Assembly: GCA_043228905.1 (NCBI GenBank)
Contig: JBHGNT010000003.1
Coordinates: 20,398,001 to 20,462,000 of the forward strand
Direction: 5' to 3'
Source: Azolla caroliniana
Lineage: Eukaryota > Plantae > Polypodiophyta
DNA length: 64,000 nucleotides
A program made the translations under genes and the position numbers. The notes beneath the pieces were generated by a model. That model saw nothing but the letters and a program-made list of their open reading frames with translations, was not told where the DNA came from and made no database searches. The first letter of the stretch is position 1. Each line of letters starts with the position of its first letter. Shown one piece after another: positions 11,510-23,100 of the stretch.

Positions 11510-14077
11510 ATGTTGCAGGTCCAGCAAGCAGATCTATGGCCGTCCGATACAACAGACAAGTTTCAAGCTCAGAGTATTATTCTCGAATTAATACAAACTT
11601 GTGCTAAACGTAAAGATCTATCCAGAGCAAGAAAGATTCATGCTGATCTTATCCAAACGGAGATACTTCCACATGATATTTTGCTCTGTAATGCCTTACT
11701 TGGTCTCTATGTTAAATGTGGACATATAGACGAAATAGAGGTTTTGTTTAGTAAGACTCCTTTAAGGAATATTGTCTCATGGAATTCATTGATAGGAGGA
11801 TATGCTCGGAATGGTCACTATAAGAAATCTTCGCAGTGTTTGAAACAAATGCAAGATGAGGGTTTCTGCCCAAATGTGGTCACTTTTATTTGTGCTTTGA
11901 AAGCTTGTGATTCGACTCAAAGGGTGGAAGAAATACATGTGGAGGTTAGCAAACAAGGGTTATTAGAGAAAAGCATACATCTTGGCAATGCATTGATTGA
12001 TAGCTATGCAAAATGCGGTGTGATTAGAAAAGCAAAGAAAGTATTTGATGAGCTTCTGTTACGGGATGTAGTCACCTGGAACACTTTGATTACTGGCTAT
12101 GCTCAACATGGACATGCTCACGAAGCCTTGGATGGATTCATACAAATGAGAGATGAGGGTTTCTCGCCCGACGCCATCACCTTTGTTTCTACTTTGAAAG
12201 CTTGCGGTAAAATTGGCTGTTTGGAGATGGGTAAAGAAATACATGCTATGATCAACAACAGTGAGGGATTGTTAGAGAAAAATGTCATCCTAGCGAATGC
12301 ATTAGTGGACATGTATGCAAAGTGCAATATGCTGGAAAAAGCACAAGAAGTCTTTGATAAGCTTTGTACTAGAGATGTTACATCTTGGAATGCATTAATT
12401 AGTGGACATCTCGAACATGGGCTTAGTGAGGGAGCATTGAAGTGCTTCATGAAGATGCAAGATGAAGGCATTCCCCCAAATGCAATCACCTTCGTTTGTG
12501 CCCTCAATGCTTGTGGTACTGTATGTTGTCTAAGAATGGGGGAAGAAATTTATGCAAAGGTGTTTAAGTTAGGTTTATTGAATGAAAATATCGTTGTTGG
12601 TAATGCATTGGTGGATATGTATGTGAAGTGTAGCATGCTCAAGAAAGCACAAGAAGTGTTTGATTTTCTTCTGGGTAGAAATATTTCATCTTGGAATACG
12701 TTGATCACTGGATATGCCCAACATGGATTGATTGACGAAGCTGTAAGCTGCTTTAAGCAAATGCAAGGTGAAGGTATCTCTCCAGACACAATCACTTTTA
12801 TATGCATTTTGCAAGCATTTAGCATAATGGGGTCTCTGGAGTTGGGAAAAGAAGAAATCATTATCAAGATCCACAAGAAGTGGCTGTTGGAAAAGGATGG
12901 TGTGCTTGGCACAGCGATGATAGACATGTATACAAAGTGTCACATGATGAATAAAGCACGAGAAATATTTGATGAGCTTCCAGTGAAAAATGTTGCATCT
13001 TGGAGTGCATTGATTGCTGGATATGCAGAGAATGGGCTGGGGAAAGAAGCTTTGGATTGCTTCATGCAAATGAAAAAGGAAGGTCTGTCTCCAGATGCTG
13101 TGACCTTTGTCTGCATATTGAAAGCTTGTTGCAACATTGAATCTGTAGAGATTGGACAACAGATACATAATGAAGTTGAAAAGCAAGGGTTTTTGGAAGA
13201 AAATGTTGTACTAGGAAATGCAATTATCGACATGTATTCAAAATGCAACATGCTAGAGAAAGCACAACAAGTATTTGATGCGCTCCCAAAACACGATATC
13301 ACATCTTGGAATATACTGATCACAGGATATGTTCATCATGGCCTCAATGAGGAAGCTATAGAGTGTTTCCTATGTATGCAAGATGAGGGTCTCTCTCCAG
13401 ATGTAATCACTTTTCTTTGTATTGTGAAAGCTTGTAGCAACATAGGATCTCTTGAGATGGGAGAAGAGTTATATGCCAAGCTCAGAAAACAAGGCATGGC
13501 AGGAAAAGATATAGTTCTCAGGACAGCATTGGTGGATATGTATAGTAATTGTGGTGTGCTTGGAAGAGCACATGAAATATTTGACGATACTCCAATCCGA
13601 AACATTTCATTATGGACTGCATTAATGTCTGGATATGCCCAAGTAGGGAAGGTAGAAAGAGTATTTAGCTTATTCAATACAATGATCAAAGAAGAAGTTT
13701 CGCCAGATATGGTTTCGTTCCTTGTTCTTCTTAACGCATGCTCTCATGTAGGTCTAGTAGAAGCAGGGACAATTGCCTTTAATGCTATGAGCACATTTTA
13801 CTTTATTACTCCAACCATGGAGCATTATACTTGTATGGTTGATCTTTTTGCTCGTGCTGGACATTTTGACAAAGCTGTCAGTGTAATTGAGAATGGAGCA
13901 TGTTCTCATCATGTACCATGTTGGCTTTCTTTGTTGGCCGCTTGTTGCAAATGGGAAATCTCAGAACTTGGAAGGATGGTGTTTGAACAATTGGTATGTT
14001 TGGATGATAGGTGTTCTGCTGCATATGTTTGCATGAGGAATATATCTATTGCTTCTGCCATGTATGTGGAAGGGTAG
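11510..14077 (+). CDS. PLS-class PPR protein with E domain and no DYW; tandem paralogue of the upstream PPR
   Basis: Uninterrupted 855-aa ORF of P-L-S triplets ending HYTCMVDLFARAGHFDKA...AAYVCMRNI. The true 5' end is uncertain. Confidence 0.92.
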   Translation: MLQVQQADLWPSDTTDKFQAQSIILELIQTCAKRKDLSRARKIHADLIQTEILPHDILLCNALLGLYVKCGHIDEIEVLFSKTPLRNIVSWNSLIGGYARNGHYKKSSQCLKQMQDEGFCPNVVTFICALKACDSTQRVEEIHVEVSKQGLLEKSIHLGNALIDSYAKCGVIRKAKKVFDELLLRDVVTWNTLITGYAQHGHAHEALDGFIQMRDEGFSPDAITFVSTLKACGKIGCLEMGKEIHAMINNSEGLLEKNVILANALVDMYAKCNMLEKAQEVFDKLCTRDVTSWNALISGHLEHGLSEGALKCFMKMQDEGIPPNAITFVCALNACGTVCCLRMGEEIYAKVFKLGLLNENIVVGNALVDMYVKCSMLKKAQEVFDFLLGRNISSWNTLITGYAQHGLIDEAVSCFKQMQGEGISPDTITFICILQAFSIMGSLELGKEEIIIKIHKKWLLEKDGVLGTAMIDMYTKCHMMNKAREIFDELPVKNVASWSALIAGYAENGLGKEALDCFMQMKKEGLSPDAVTFVCILKACCNIESVEIGQQIHNEVEKQGFLEENVVLGNAIIDMYSKCNMLEKAQQVFDALPKHDITSWNILITGYVHHGLNEEAIECFLCMQDEGLSPDVITFLCIVKACSNIGSLEMGEELYAKLRKQGMAGKDIVLRTALVDMYSNCGVLGRAHEIFDDTPIRNISLWTALMSGYAQVGKVERVFSLFNTMIKEEVSPDMVSFLVLLNACSHVGLVEAGTIAFNAMSTFYFITPTMEHYTCMVDLFARAGHFDKAVSVIENGACSHHVPCWLSLLAACCKWEISELGRMVFEQLVCLDDRCSAAYVCMRNISIASAMYVEG

Positions 14078-14334
14078 CAGAGAATTCTATTACGAAAACA
14101 ATTCCGATACGGTGGCAAAGAATCTTGCAACATCTCATGCAGATGTATCCAACCTTTAGGAAATCAATACGGTGATGAGTAAAGGCACTCTCAATGGGAG
14201 CAGTTAACTCCTCCCAATAGCGAAGCTTACCTCATTTGTCCTATTGGTGGACCATAATTCCTACATTTCTTGGCCACATCTTGCATTCACAATAGCAGAA
14301 TTCAACCTTGAGTCAAAAGGTTACCAATAAAAGA

Positions 14335-14740
14335 AAACTGAGGCACATGTATATACAAATATTTGTTCTCTGTAATAAAAAAGCATTCCAAGTGCATGTG
14401 TATATATATACACATGAATTCTTCCAAATATGTATATTTAGCTAGTTGCCTTTGGTCAAAAGGTAATTAGTAAAACAAACTGAGGCACATGTCTATACAA
14501 ATATTTATTCGCTGTAATAAAAACCCATTCCAAATGCGTGTGGTATATAATACACAATATATACATGAATTCTTCCAAATATGTATATTAAGCTTTAATG
14601 GCATAAGGTTGTTTAGGTTCAATATCCTGAGGTCAATTCATCTCGATAATTTTCTGCATTCTAGAGGTGTATTTGACATAAGGCGGTGTAGGTTCAATAT
14701 CCTGGGGTCAATTCATCTCATCAATTGTATGCATTCTATA
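14335..14740. repeat. Two adjacent local duplications downstream of the second PPR gene
   Basis: AAACTGAGGCACATGT...CATGAATTCTTCCAAATATGTATATT occurs at ~14335 and ~14478. CATAAGG...TAGGTTCAATATCCTG.GGTCAATTCATCTC occurs at ~14602 and ~14678. Confidence 0.8.
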
Positions 14741-16089
14741 TTAGCATATACTCGCCAGCAACCCTGCCGAATTGGTTTATATAGGATATTCTCTGTTGTG
14801 TAAGAAAAAACAGTTTCTGTCCAAATCTAGCATTGACCTAACATATACATTCTCTCTTGCGCACAAAAAGGCAGGCCAAATCATTCAAATTGTGAACACT
14901 CATGAATTCTTATTGTAAACGCTTTCTATTATAGAAATACTGAATGTTCACATTAATAATGCTTAGTTGTCAACTACAAACATGAGAAAGAATATGATTC
15001 TTACCAGAAGTTTTATCCTAAAAGAATAAAACATTTTTTATGTTGAGGGGCATGCATTTTGGGTTTCTTCTATTGAAGCTGATATTCTCAAAAAAAAGAA
15101 AAAAATGTAGCTAAAGAGAAATACCCAAGGATTGAAAATACATGCATACGCATATACACATATGAATGCACTACAAGAGCCGAGTAAAACTGAAGTTTCT
15201 ATGCATTCCAAAGGGCAACTTAATTCTGTAAGTCCAAGCTTGTTGTGACCTTACATTGAGATTCAAAAAATAAAAGGCTTAATAGTAGTCTTTAAATAAA
15301 TATCAGTGTTTCTTCTAATAACATTCATTCGACATTTTGGCAGCATCTCATGGACAAAAAAATGCCCTATTTTAAAACGACCATCTATCTCAATGGAAAA
15401 CCATGTATTTGACAAGATATGGTCTTCTTTCTGTGTATGTGAAATTACAACAGGCATCTCAAATGGAAAGTGAATCGCTAAAGGATGATATCATTGCTAT
15501 CATCACTTTACAGACTTCTAAGTCAGTTAAGATAGGAAGCACATCCTTCACAGTGCATCATCAAGTGAGAAAGTCATTCTTCTGATAATCCGAATAAGCT
15601 GAATCCCCATTCATGTACGCTTTTTATTGTTACATGCATGATTCGCCTGCACATTATACCGATTTTGTAAAGCATATCATGAGGGCATCCTCATCATGAA
15701 CCTCTCTCGCTTCAAAAGAAACTTGTAGTAATTCTATTGACTTTCAGAGAATATCATGATGAACCTCTCCCTTAGAATGGAAATTGCAATATTGACACTT
15801 ATCTCATAGACTGTAAATTTTTCTACCATACTGTTATCAAATATAATTCTTCAGAAATTTTTAGGCCTTTACTTAACAAGGTTTCTATCTAGCTAAAGGA
15901 TCAGTTTTCTCTAAACTTTTGAACAATAATGGTGCAGAAGGTCTGTTTTATTTTGGGAACATTGTTTATTAGTTTTTTCAAGTCATTACCTCTATTCCAG
16001 CTTTTTCTTGTTGGGAAGATAAATCAGCGACAGATTCTGTGTACATATAAAGAATCAATACTATATAGCCCCTTCTTTTCTTTACTATA

Positions 16090-18077
16090 CTAGAAAAAAT
16101 CGCACCAAGCTGTAAATTGTAGGATATAAATACAGAGAACAGACAAAATCCTTTAGACTTGACGCTATCATCTCTCTCACCTTGTCTATGATGTGATAAA
16201 TCACTTGCAAGAGTATTGTTAGCATCACATGCACTAGGCTTATTCATGCTTTTCTCTCCATCTCTATCCTGCATCAATGATGGTGAGCCGTTCTTAGTAG
16301 ACTTTGATCTGGGATTATATGTTGTAGACCAAGATCTCCCACTAGAACCAGCAAGATCCATAATTGCTTCCAACTTTGCATGTACAGAAATCACAGAAGT
16401 AAAATTGCATAAAGCTTAGATACAATCAATATCTTTTGATTCAAAACGAAAGTAGTTAGACATGGGGTATATGGATGTAATATATAGAAGGGATGGCTAC
16501 CATCTTATGAGTTTTTTCCATTCTCTCTTAATTTCCCCCAATTTAGTTGTAATTAGTTTCATGCAATTGCTTTTTATTCGCGATTTCCATCCTAGCACAA
16601 ATACCTTGTCGGAAGGCACATCTTCGAAAACATGTGCTTGGCCTCCATAGAAAATGGTAAGTTGCTTACTGGTTGGTGTTCTAGGAGTAACAGGCTGACT
16701 GCATTGAAAAAACAAGGAACTTTAGTATACCGAGCTCAAATGCCAGAAGAAATGCTGCTGAGTATCTCATTATTTCCACCAAAATACTCCCGAGTTTTCA
16801 CTATTTTCCGAAATATACTCTTGATCAACTCCGCAAAAGAGTAAAATTATATGAACTAATCGGGCAGTAACATGATTATTTCATCCCCATTCCTTTTCTT
16901 GAGTATATATCTGCTTTTGAGAGCAACTATATGATCAATTCATCACCTGTTTGTCTCTTTCATATGGTTTATAAAAGTTATTATTGGGAAGCAATGAAAA
17001 CCCTTGGGGTATTTTGTTCAGGAAAATGATTGAAAATTCAGGAGCATTAGATTCAGCACAACAACAAAAAATCTCTGGTGGGATATTGGGTTCAGGAGAT
17101 AACAAAAAGAACTCAGGAGCATCAACTTGAGGAACTAACAAAAGAAACTCAGGTGCGTTTGTGATTTGGGGATGAAAAAAGAAGAAGCTCAGGAGCATTT
17201 GATTCATTGAAGGAACAGAAAAAACCCAGGAGCTTTAATTATGGGAAGAAACAAAAAAATTCAGAATGAAAGATAGATAGTTAGAGAGAGGAGGGGAGGG
17301 GAGGAGAAACCAACCTTGAGACAATTGATGGATCTGGAAGGAGAGTTTGAGAGAGTGATTTTGATCGTGCCAAATGTGGAGTAATCTGTAGAGGAGTGAT
17401 ATGACTGGCATGCAGACGTGGTGCCATAGCGGGCGCCAATGAGCATCCTCCTCGGAGACCACCAGTCCTTGATCCCTCGTCAGAAGGAGTACACGACAAT
17501 GAAACTGGAAGAGACGTAGGATGAATCGCAGTCTCTCTCCCATTGCCACTACCCATTAACATGGTGACCTCCTCCATTGCTTGGGTTGTGTTGTTACTCA
17601 CATTTCCTGGTTTCCTAATCCTCTCATTGCCCGCAGATACTGCGTATCCCCCCGGATTAGGCATCACCATGGTCGGCCTTGTCAAATTGGTGTTCGAAAT
17701 GTGTGGATTAAGAACGTTCGAAGAGTTTGCTGGAGGTTGAATCAACATCGGAGTCCCTGCTTTCGCACCTTGGATCATTGGCTTCACGTTTTCCTGATGG
17801 ATATGATGATGATGATGATGATGATGATGGGCATCTTTCTCTTCCAGACTTTCGATCTGAGACACCTTCTGATTAACAATCATCACAACATAAGCCTATA
17901 TTACGAATGTAATGGTAGAAATGGTGATCATCTTTGGTTTTCTGGAACAGGAAATCCTCATAGAGAAGGAATTGTCATGTCTTTTAAACCAAATCCATAC
18001 CTTTGATGATGATGATGATGAGAGGAAGGGAGTAGAATTTACTCTTTGTTGCAAATGCTGTTGATGTTGCTGTACAT
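16090..18077 (-). CDS. TIFY8: TIFY8-type TIFY/ZIM-domain protein with no Jas domain; exons 18077-18001, 17868/17865-17315, 16698-16605, 16373-16181, 16109-16090
   Basis: The spliced product contains KQLTIFYGGQAHVFEDVPSDK|LEAIMDLAGSSGRSWST, plus PSDEGSRTG and LIQPP motifs that I recognise from the TIFY8 subfamily. Internal splice phases are consistent. The first and last exons are tentative. Confidence 0.85.
16985..17250. repeat. Degenerate minisatellite of about 35-45 bp period (core AAACTCAGGAGCAT) in TIFY intron 2
   Basis: Core variants TTCAGGAGCATT, CTCAGGAGCATC, CTCAGGTGCGTT, CTCAGGAGCATT and CCCAGGAGCTTT recur between 17037 and 17236. Confidence 0.65.
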
Positions 18078-18855
18078 AATCTTTCTCGCTCTGTTTCTGT
18101 ATATTATCTCTCTCAGCGGCTACTAACTCCTTCCTTTTTCTCCCTTTCCAAATTTCAACGACAAGAATCGATCAGAAAGCATGGGAAATGGGTGGCAAAT
18201 TTTGAAGGGATGTATATATATATATATATATATTTTTTTTTTTATTTTTTTTATTTTTTTTTTTGTGGCACAAATGTTAACACAACAGTGCCCTTCATAT
18301 GCTTAATATGGCCTCCTCAAACATTAGGCTTTACCTCTTTGGCCAGAAAGAATACCAAGGAAATCATGGAACACGGGTTGCTGTTGCTGCTCCTCTCCAG
18401 CCATGGAAACTGTCATGATAGAGACATTCATCTCCTCTTCATCTGTTTAATTCCCTGAGAAAATGTAAACTTGATGAAGAGGGCGATGATGATGGTCGAC
18501 AGAGGATCAGCACAAATAAGGGTTTTTTTGCTTTCGAGCAGAATCAAGGAGGAGGAGGAAAGGAGTGTAGGGGAACTGAAGATTAGTTACTATCTTTATG
18601 AAAAATGCAGGTTTTGTTGCACAGTAGTGATGGTGGTGATGATGGCGGTAACGGTAAATAATATTTGAAGGTAGAAGAAGAAGCAGGCAGAAATAGAAAA
18701 GCGAAAGGAGCAAGGAGAAGCTATGAATGAAGTAGAAATTTTTGAACTGAAAAAAGAAAGAACTAGGAGAGGCGATGGCGATGGCGATGGTTAGCAGAGA
18801 AAGGAGAGGAAAAAGGCGAACAAAAATGTCAGGATGAAAGCAGAAGCAGAAACAG

Positions 18856-18859
<4 letters not shown>

Positions 18860-18899
<40 letters not shown>

Positions 18900-19020
18900 A
18901 CGTGGCAACGGGCGACCGACACGTGTCAGGAGACAGAGCCCCGCATGCGATGTCGCCGTCGGTCTGGCCGGGGGGCCGCCACGTCGGACCGGCCGTACAC
19001 CTTCCCGCGCAAAAAACTGG
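18860..19020. promoter_or_regulatory. (GA)n tract plus GC-rich ACGT-element cluster upstream of TIFY8
   Basis: ACGTGGC (ABRE-like) at 18900, palindromic GACACGTGTC G-box at 18918, GCCACGT at 18978 and E2F-like TTCCCGCGC at 19002, next to a (GA)n run. Function is inferred from motif content only. Confidence 0.6.
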
Positions 19021-19353
19021 GCTCTCTATTTCTTTGTATGTTTCTTTGGTTTTGTTTTTTTTTTTTTTTTTTAATTAATTATGTGGTGAGGGCCAAAATG
19101 CGGGGCCGTCGCATCGCCGGCTATACGTATATTTATACGTACATACGTATACATATACACACAATACACATACACATATAGAGACACTTACAGCATATTT
19201 ATATATACATATATTATTATATATATATAGACTATAGTATATACACACATATATATACACCATAGTACGTAATATACTCGAATGAATTGGCCAACATTCT
19301 TTTTCATACGAATGCGCACACGAATGCACATGTTATAAAAAACATTCTTATGT

Positions 19354-19381
19354 TCCCCCCCCCCCCCCCCCCCCCCCCCCC
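19354..19381. repeat. Poly-C homopolymer (about 28 nt)
   Basis: Directly visible run of C. Confidence 0.95.
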
Positions 19382-19904
19382 AAAACCCACTTTTTACCTT
19401 AAAATATAATTTGCCTTATAATAAATAATAATGAATACACAAGTATGCATTTACCATATACTTTCAGGGTGTTTACCATACTCGAATGATTGAAACATTC
19501 TCGAGTACGAATGGACGTATGGTTTATAGTACATACTATGTAAATCATACAAATGTATATACACACTAAGTGATATATACATGTATATATAGAATATAGA
19601 ATATATATATATATATATATATAAAGTCCATCTTCCGCCGGCAGTAGCGCGCATCACAACCGTCCATCTCAGTCTCCTCCTCCACTAACAAACCAAAATC
19701 TACATTCATTTACGGGAGAACATTTGAATAAATAAGAATTACTCATTTAACAATGAAATCAATTTGTTTTTGTTTTTTTTGTTTTTTTTTTTTAAAGAAA
19801 ACGGACCACAACTCGCAGCGCCAGCTATGCGGCAGTTTTTTTTTTTTGTTCTGTTTTTTCTTTTCTTCTTTTTTTTGTTAATATTTTTTTGGGGGGAGGA
19901 ATTT

Positions 19905-20145
19905 TGAGCCTGTCCGCCGGCAACCACGTCAGCAGGGGACCCGTTAACGCCTCCACGTCAGCATACGTGACCTGTCGTCTACTATACACGTCAGCGGCGG
20001 GGGGCCCTTCCTGCACGGAAGGCGAACCGAGTGACGTGAACCCTTCAGCCCATCTGGACCGTCGGATCGCGCGAAAACCACGGCGCATCGGGATGATCCC
20101 AGCCGTCGCCTCTCGCGCGAATCTTTCGGGACTCGCGAACAAAAA
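19905..20145. promoter_or_regulatory. CpG-rich island with repeated CACGTCAGC (TGACG/hexamer) motifs
   Basis: CCACGTCAGC at 19924 and 19953, ACACGTCAGC at 19986, TGACGTG at 20032 and GCGCGAAA at ~20069, flanked by long A/T tracts. Confidence 0.5.
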
Positions 20146-23100
20146 AAGCTTCCACTAAAACGCTTTTCCTTTTTTTCAATTTTTTTTTAAGAAGAAAAAT
20201 AAAAAAAGTATATAAAACTATTAAATAAAAGAAAAAAAGGCGGGATATTTTATATTCTCTTCGTTTTTATTTTTTTCAACTTTTATTTCGTTGTGATCTC
20301 TTCGTAATTGTTTAGTTTTTTTTCTCCTTATCTCTGTCCAAAATATATATATTTGTTTTCGACTTCCAAAGTTTATTTTCGAAGAAAAGTAATAATAATA
20401 ATAATAGCCCAATCAAATTTGTATCACTAGCCACTACAATTTCCATGGTCTCTGCCTGCAAAATGATAAAAACTCCAAGTCTTGTTAGTTGGGGGTGCAC
20501 AGGGTGTCATATTTCTTTGGGGCTTCCAAATGTGTTCACACTCGATCAATCAGAGACTTCCTCTTCGCAGACTAAAAGCGTTTCCGACTCGTGTTGCTTT
20601 CAAAAAACTTCCTCACGCACCTTCCCTCGATCATCTCTATCTTCTATCTTCACGAATTTCTTCCCTCTCGTGCCTTTCAACTTTTCCATGTCCTCTCAAA
20701 ATGGCATGCCCAATTGCGACATGAGAACCTACAAGTGGACGCCTGCTCCACCCAACACGAGAATGAATGGGGTGGGGTGGGTGGCATTGGTAAAGGAAAA
20801 AGATTATTGTGTTTTTTTGAATATGCGAAACTTCTTATTTGTCCTACACATTTCCTTCTCCGCTCTTCTTCCACATGTAGTGTGTAATGAATGTTGGTTT
20901 GGCCCCATCCAACTTCATTTGCTCATTGTAAAGCACTATCACCTTGTTTGCTCCATCTCTCAAGATGCGTGTTTATAAGGATCTAAATTTACAAGAACCA
21001 ACACCTTCCTATAGCTTCCAATGTTGCAACAATGGTCCTATAATTGTGAGATAATCTTGAACTTCCCTATGAGTGATGATGGGCAACTCCATTGTCGTGA
21101 ATATATAGATGAGAATGGTCAATAATAGTGTAAAATCCACAAACATGAACACTTGTATCAATAATCACATACATAAATAAGTGATGGAAACAACATAATG
21201 CCTCGTGCCAAGCTATGTATGAATAGGAAAGCGTAAAGATATGATTAACCACCTATTTATCAATCGCGAGAAGGAGATTTTTGTACGTGTTCCAATTGTA
21301 CTTATACAACCTTTTACATCGAGGTTGGGTTCTGTCATGCAAGTTTTGCTTAAGCATCTTTAAATGTGTCTCACAACACTCACATATATAAAAGGGCTAC
21401 TTCAAGACCTCACACAATTTGCACATTATATTATTTCAATTGTTACTTTCAAAGCATTAGAAGAAACTGCATTTCATAATGAACACATGGAAAACTGCTT
21501 CAACAATTTCCAACATTTGTGCCATCATCATTCTTGTGTGTGTTCATAATTCTATTCCTAACAACTAGTTCTCATGATTCAATTTGCTCGTTATGCACAA
21601 TAGAAAGTAAAACACAAAATTACAATTTTACAATTTTGCTCGTCATGCCTCTCGAGGATACCCTTATCTATTTTTACTACATGAAATGTTGAATCTAGAA
21701 ACATGCGTAAAAAAGCATGTGCCAATGTATGATTACACTAGTTATACGAATAAATTGTATGAAATTGTAAGCCATGTATATCTATGTAGCTTCATAGGCC
21801 AACAACTCTTTCAAATGTAAGTGGCAAGTGGCTAGAGCATGCTCACTTTTTAAACCTTCCCACACATGGGGTAAGAGGTGGTTTAATATATAAAAGAAGT
21901 TGGATGGAATGGGGTTTTCAAATTGTATAGCAATTATTATATGGAGTGTGGTTATTGGCATTTGGCACCATGTGTGAGTCTAGTCGTAGACTACCTAAAG
22001 CTCTAGTTTAATGACACTCTTTCACATGTCTACTCGTATGACCTTATGGAGCTCAATCATAAGATGCCCGTGCAGAGCACATGTGATTAATTACCTTGAT
22101 ATGAGTTGGTTAATTAAGTCAGCAATCTAACTACTTTGTTCTTCCAAACGAGATTTATAGTTACAAGTTACAACCATGGAGCATGTATAATACATTGTTT
22201 TGTCGTTACACTCATTCCTTAAAAAAAATGAGTGATGACATATGAGAGGCTTTTTTAATCAAATACACATTAGGTGTTTTGTGTGTAGTTTCATTTCAAA
22301 CATTGGAATCTCTAACCATTTTCTCATTAAAGATTAGCAAGAAGTCTAACTCTTTAAAATGTAAATGTCTCAATCTTCAAGAATTATAAGATCACAAAAA
22401 TCCTTGATATCTCTCCATCCACAATCTTTTAAACACATTTGTGAAGTATTATCGTGGGGCATGTTGAGAAGTTACCAAGTTAAGTGAGATGTGGAAATTG
22501 TTGACATATGTTGATATTAGCTAGTCTGATTTATCATTTATCCATATCGAGGGAACTAGCAAATGTGGGCATTCCTACAAGCAAAATATTGAGAATATTT
22601 TGCTTCGTATGAACTGAGAGTTAGGTGGTTTTTGAGTGCAACGCACACAAACACACATTGCTAACATAAAATCTTAAATGAAACATACAACAATTGGGAC
22701 ATCATATGTACGCATAAGTATTTCTAATCACAAACAAGAAATGGAACATCAATGCACAACCACGGGTGTTTCTAGCAAAGTAATGTATTGACCACCCAAT
22801 CATAGTCTATGAAACCCAAGTTTCCATCTACATATTGAAGATGATATTTCATATGCGTTTCTTTGGGAATGCATTGGGAACCTCTCAAAAGAAACAACGG
22901 GGTGATTTAGATTGCCAAACACATGGTTTGAATTTTTGCAATGTCTATGGTAGATCATGAACGATATTAAAGAAGTTGTTTTAAATACATTTCATAACCT
23001 CTATATTGTTAATATGATTTTATAACCATGTTGATGGATGTTATCGTTAAATATGAATTTTCGAGCCTTTGTGGATGGTTGTATTCCTAATAGGATTGTG

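Noticed and set aside
6467-13689. Numerous antisense ORFs over the PPR genes
   Set aside because: These are shadow ORFs of the repetitive PPR coding strand with no independent protein features.
16090-18077. Canonical JAZ repressor
   Set aside because: There is no in-frame Jas motif, and the sequence around TIFY matches the TIFY8 subfamily.
18192-19329. ORFs rich in RE, LS, YI or poly-F upstream of TIFY8 (similar ones at 49409-49887 and 5540-5959)
   Set aside because: They are translations of (GA)n, (TA)n and poly-T microsatellites.
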